Origin: Centroscyllium fabricii
Taxonomy: Eukaryota
DNA length: 64,000 nucleotides
Direction of reading: 5' to 3'
Assembly: GCA_051313645.2 (NCBI GenBank)
Contig: JBNRSN020000028.1
Span: 44,082,001-44,146,000 of the forward strand
The notes under the pieces were generated by a model. That model was not told the DNA's origin. It did no database searches and worked only from the letters and a program-made list of their open reading frames with translations. Positions 63,576 through 64,000 of this stretch are shown one piece after another. Numbering within the stretch: position 1 is the stretch's first letter; each line of letters begins with the position of its first letter. A program made the position numbers and the translations under genes.

Positions 63576-64000
63576 ATAGTGTTCCTAATTAGACTCGCCA
63601 TTGTGGTGCCGTGAGAAATTGGTAATAGTATTCTCTTGTGCTGCTCCTATATTCTCAATCCTAAAAAAAGGTTTAGGGCCAGTTGGATTCATCAGGCTAG
63701 GAATGTGTAGTATTGGTCCCATCAACCTTTGACTCCCTACCTTGTGGTATTCATGTTTGACAGGGTGGGACCAAATCAAACTCCGGATCTTACATAATTC
63801 TGCATCATTATAGTAACTGGATAGCCCTGTTAAGTGGATCTTAGTGTCCCAAGTGGAGAGACGTCCCTGATTGATGGTCTGAAGGTTTTCCCTTGTTTGT
63901 TCAATCAGTCAATTTCCGTACCTAACGCCTACGTCATTATGGTCTGCTTGATCAGAGGCATGTCTCTTTTCTCTATATTTATAGATAACGTGTAGGGTAG

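Noticed and set aside
61850-64000. Possible further old minus-strand LINE remnants
   Set aside because: Too degraded to delimit or classify by eye.

Overview
Repeat-dense vertebrate DNA, most likely from a shark or ray (HE1-type V-SINEs, shark-style CR1 LINEs, a GPR139-like first exon). Layout: (i) 1-8426 holds nested retroelements, a CR1 fragment joined to a near full-length CR1 that is interrupted by a full-length but inactivated CsRn1-type Gypsy element. (ii) About 8430-46760 is a tandem array of 14 tRNA-Lys(TTT) genes and pseudogenes. Its ~1.9 kb monomer is one tRNA plus a decayed antisense CR1 RT fossil. The core of the array is a ~7.25 kb three-tRNA higher-order repeat present three times. 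Each copy carries a non-coding two-LTR element with an intact Tf1/sushi-type self-priming signature. Harbinger-type elements, SINEs and a young CR1 have also inserted into the array. (iii) 46760-64000 contains LINE relics, a 61-bp minisatellite, a degraded LILR/KIR-type Ig exon, ~4.9 kb of GA-rich simple repeat, the first coding exon of a GPR139-like GPCR, and a Penelope-derived palindrome with a minimal hammerhead ribozyme. No complete host protein-coding gene lies in the window. All calls come from reading the sequence; no database searches were run.
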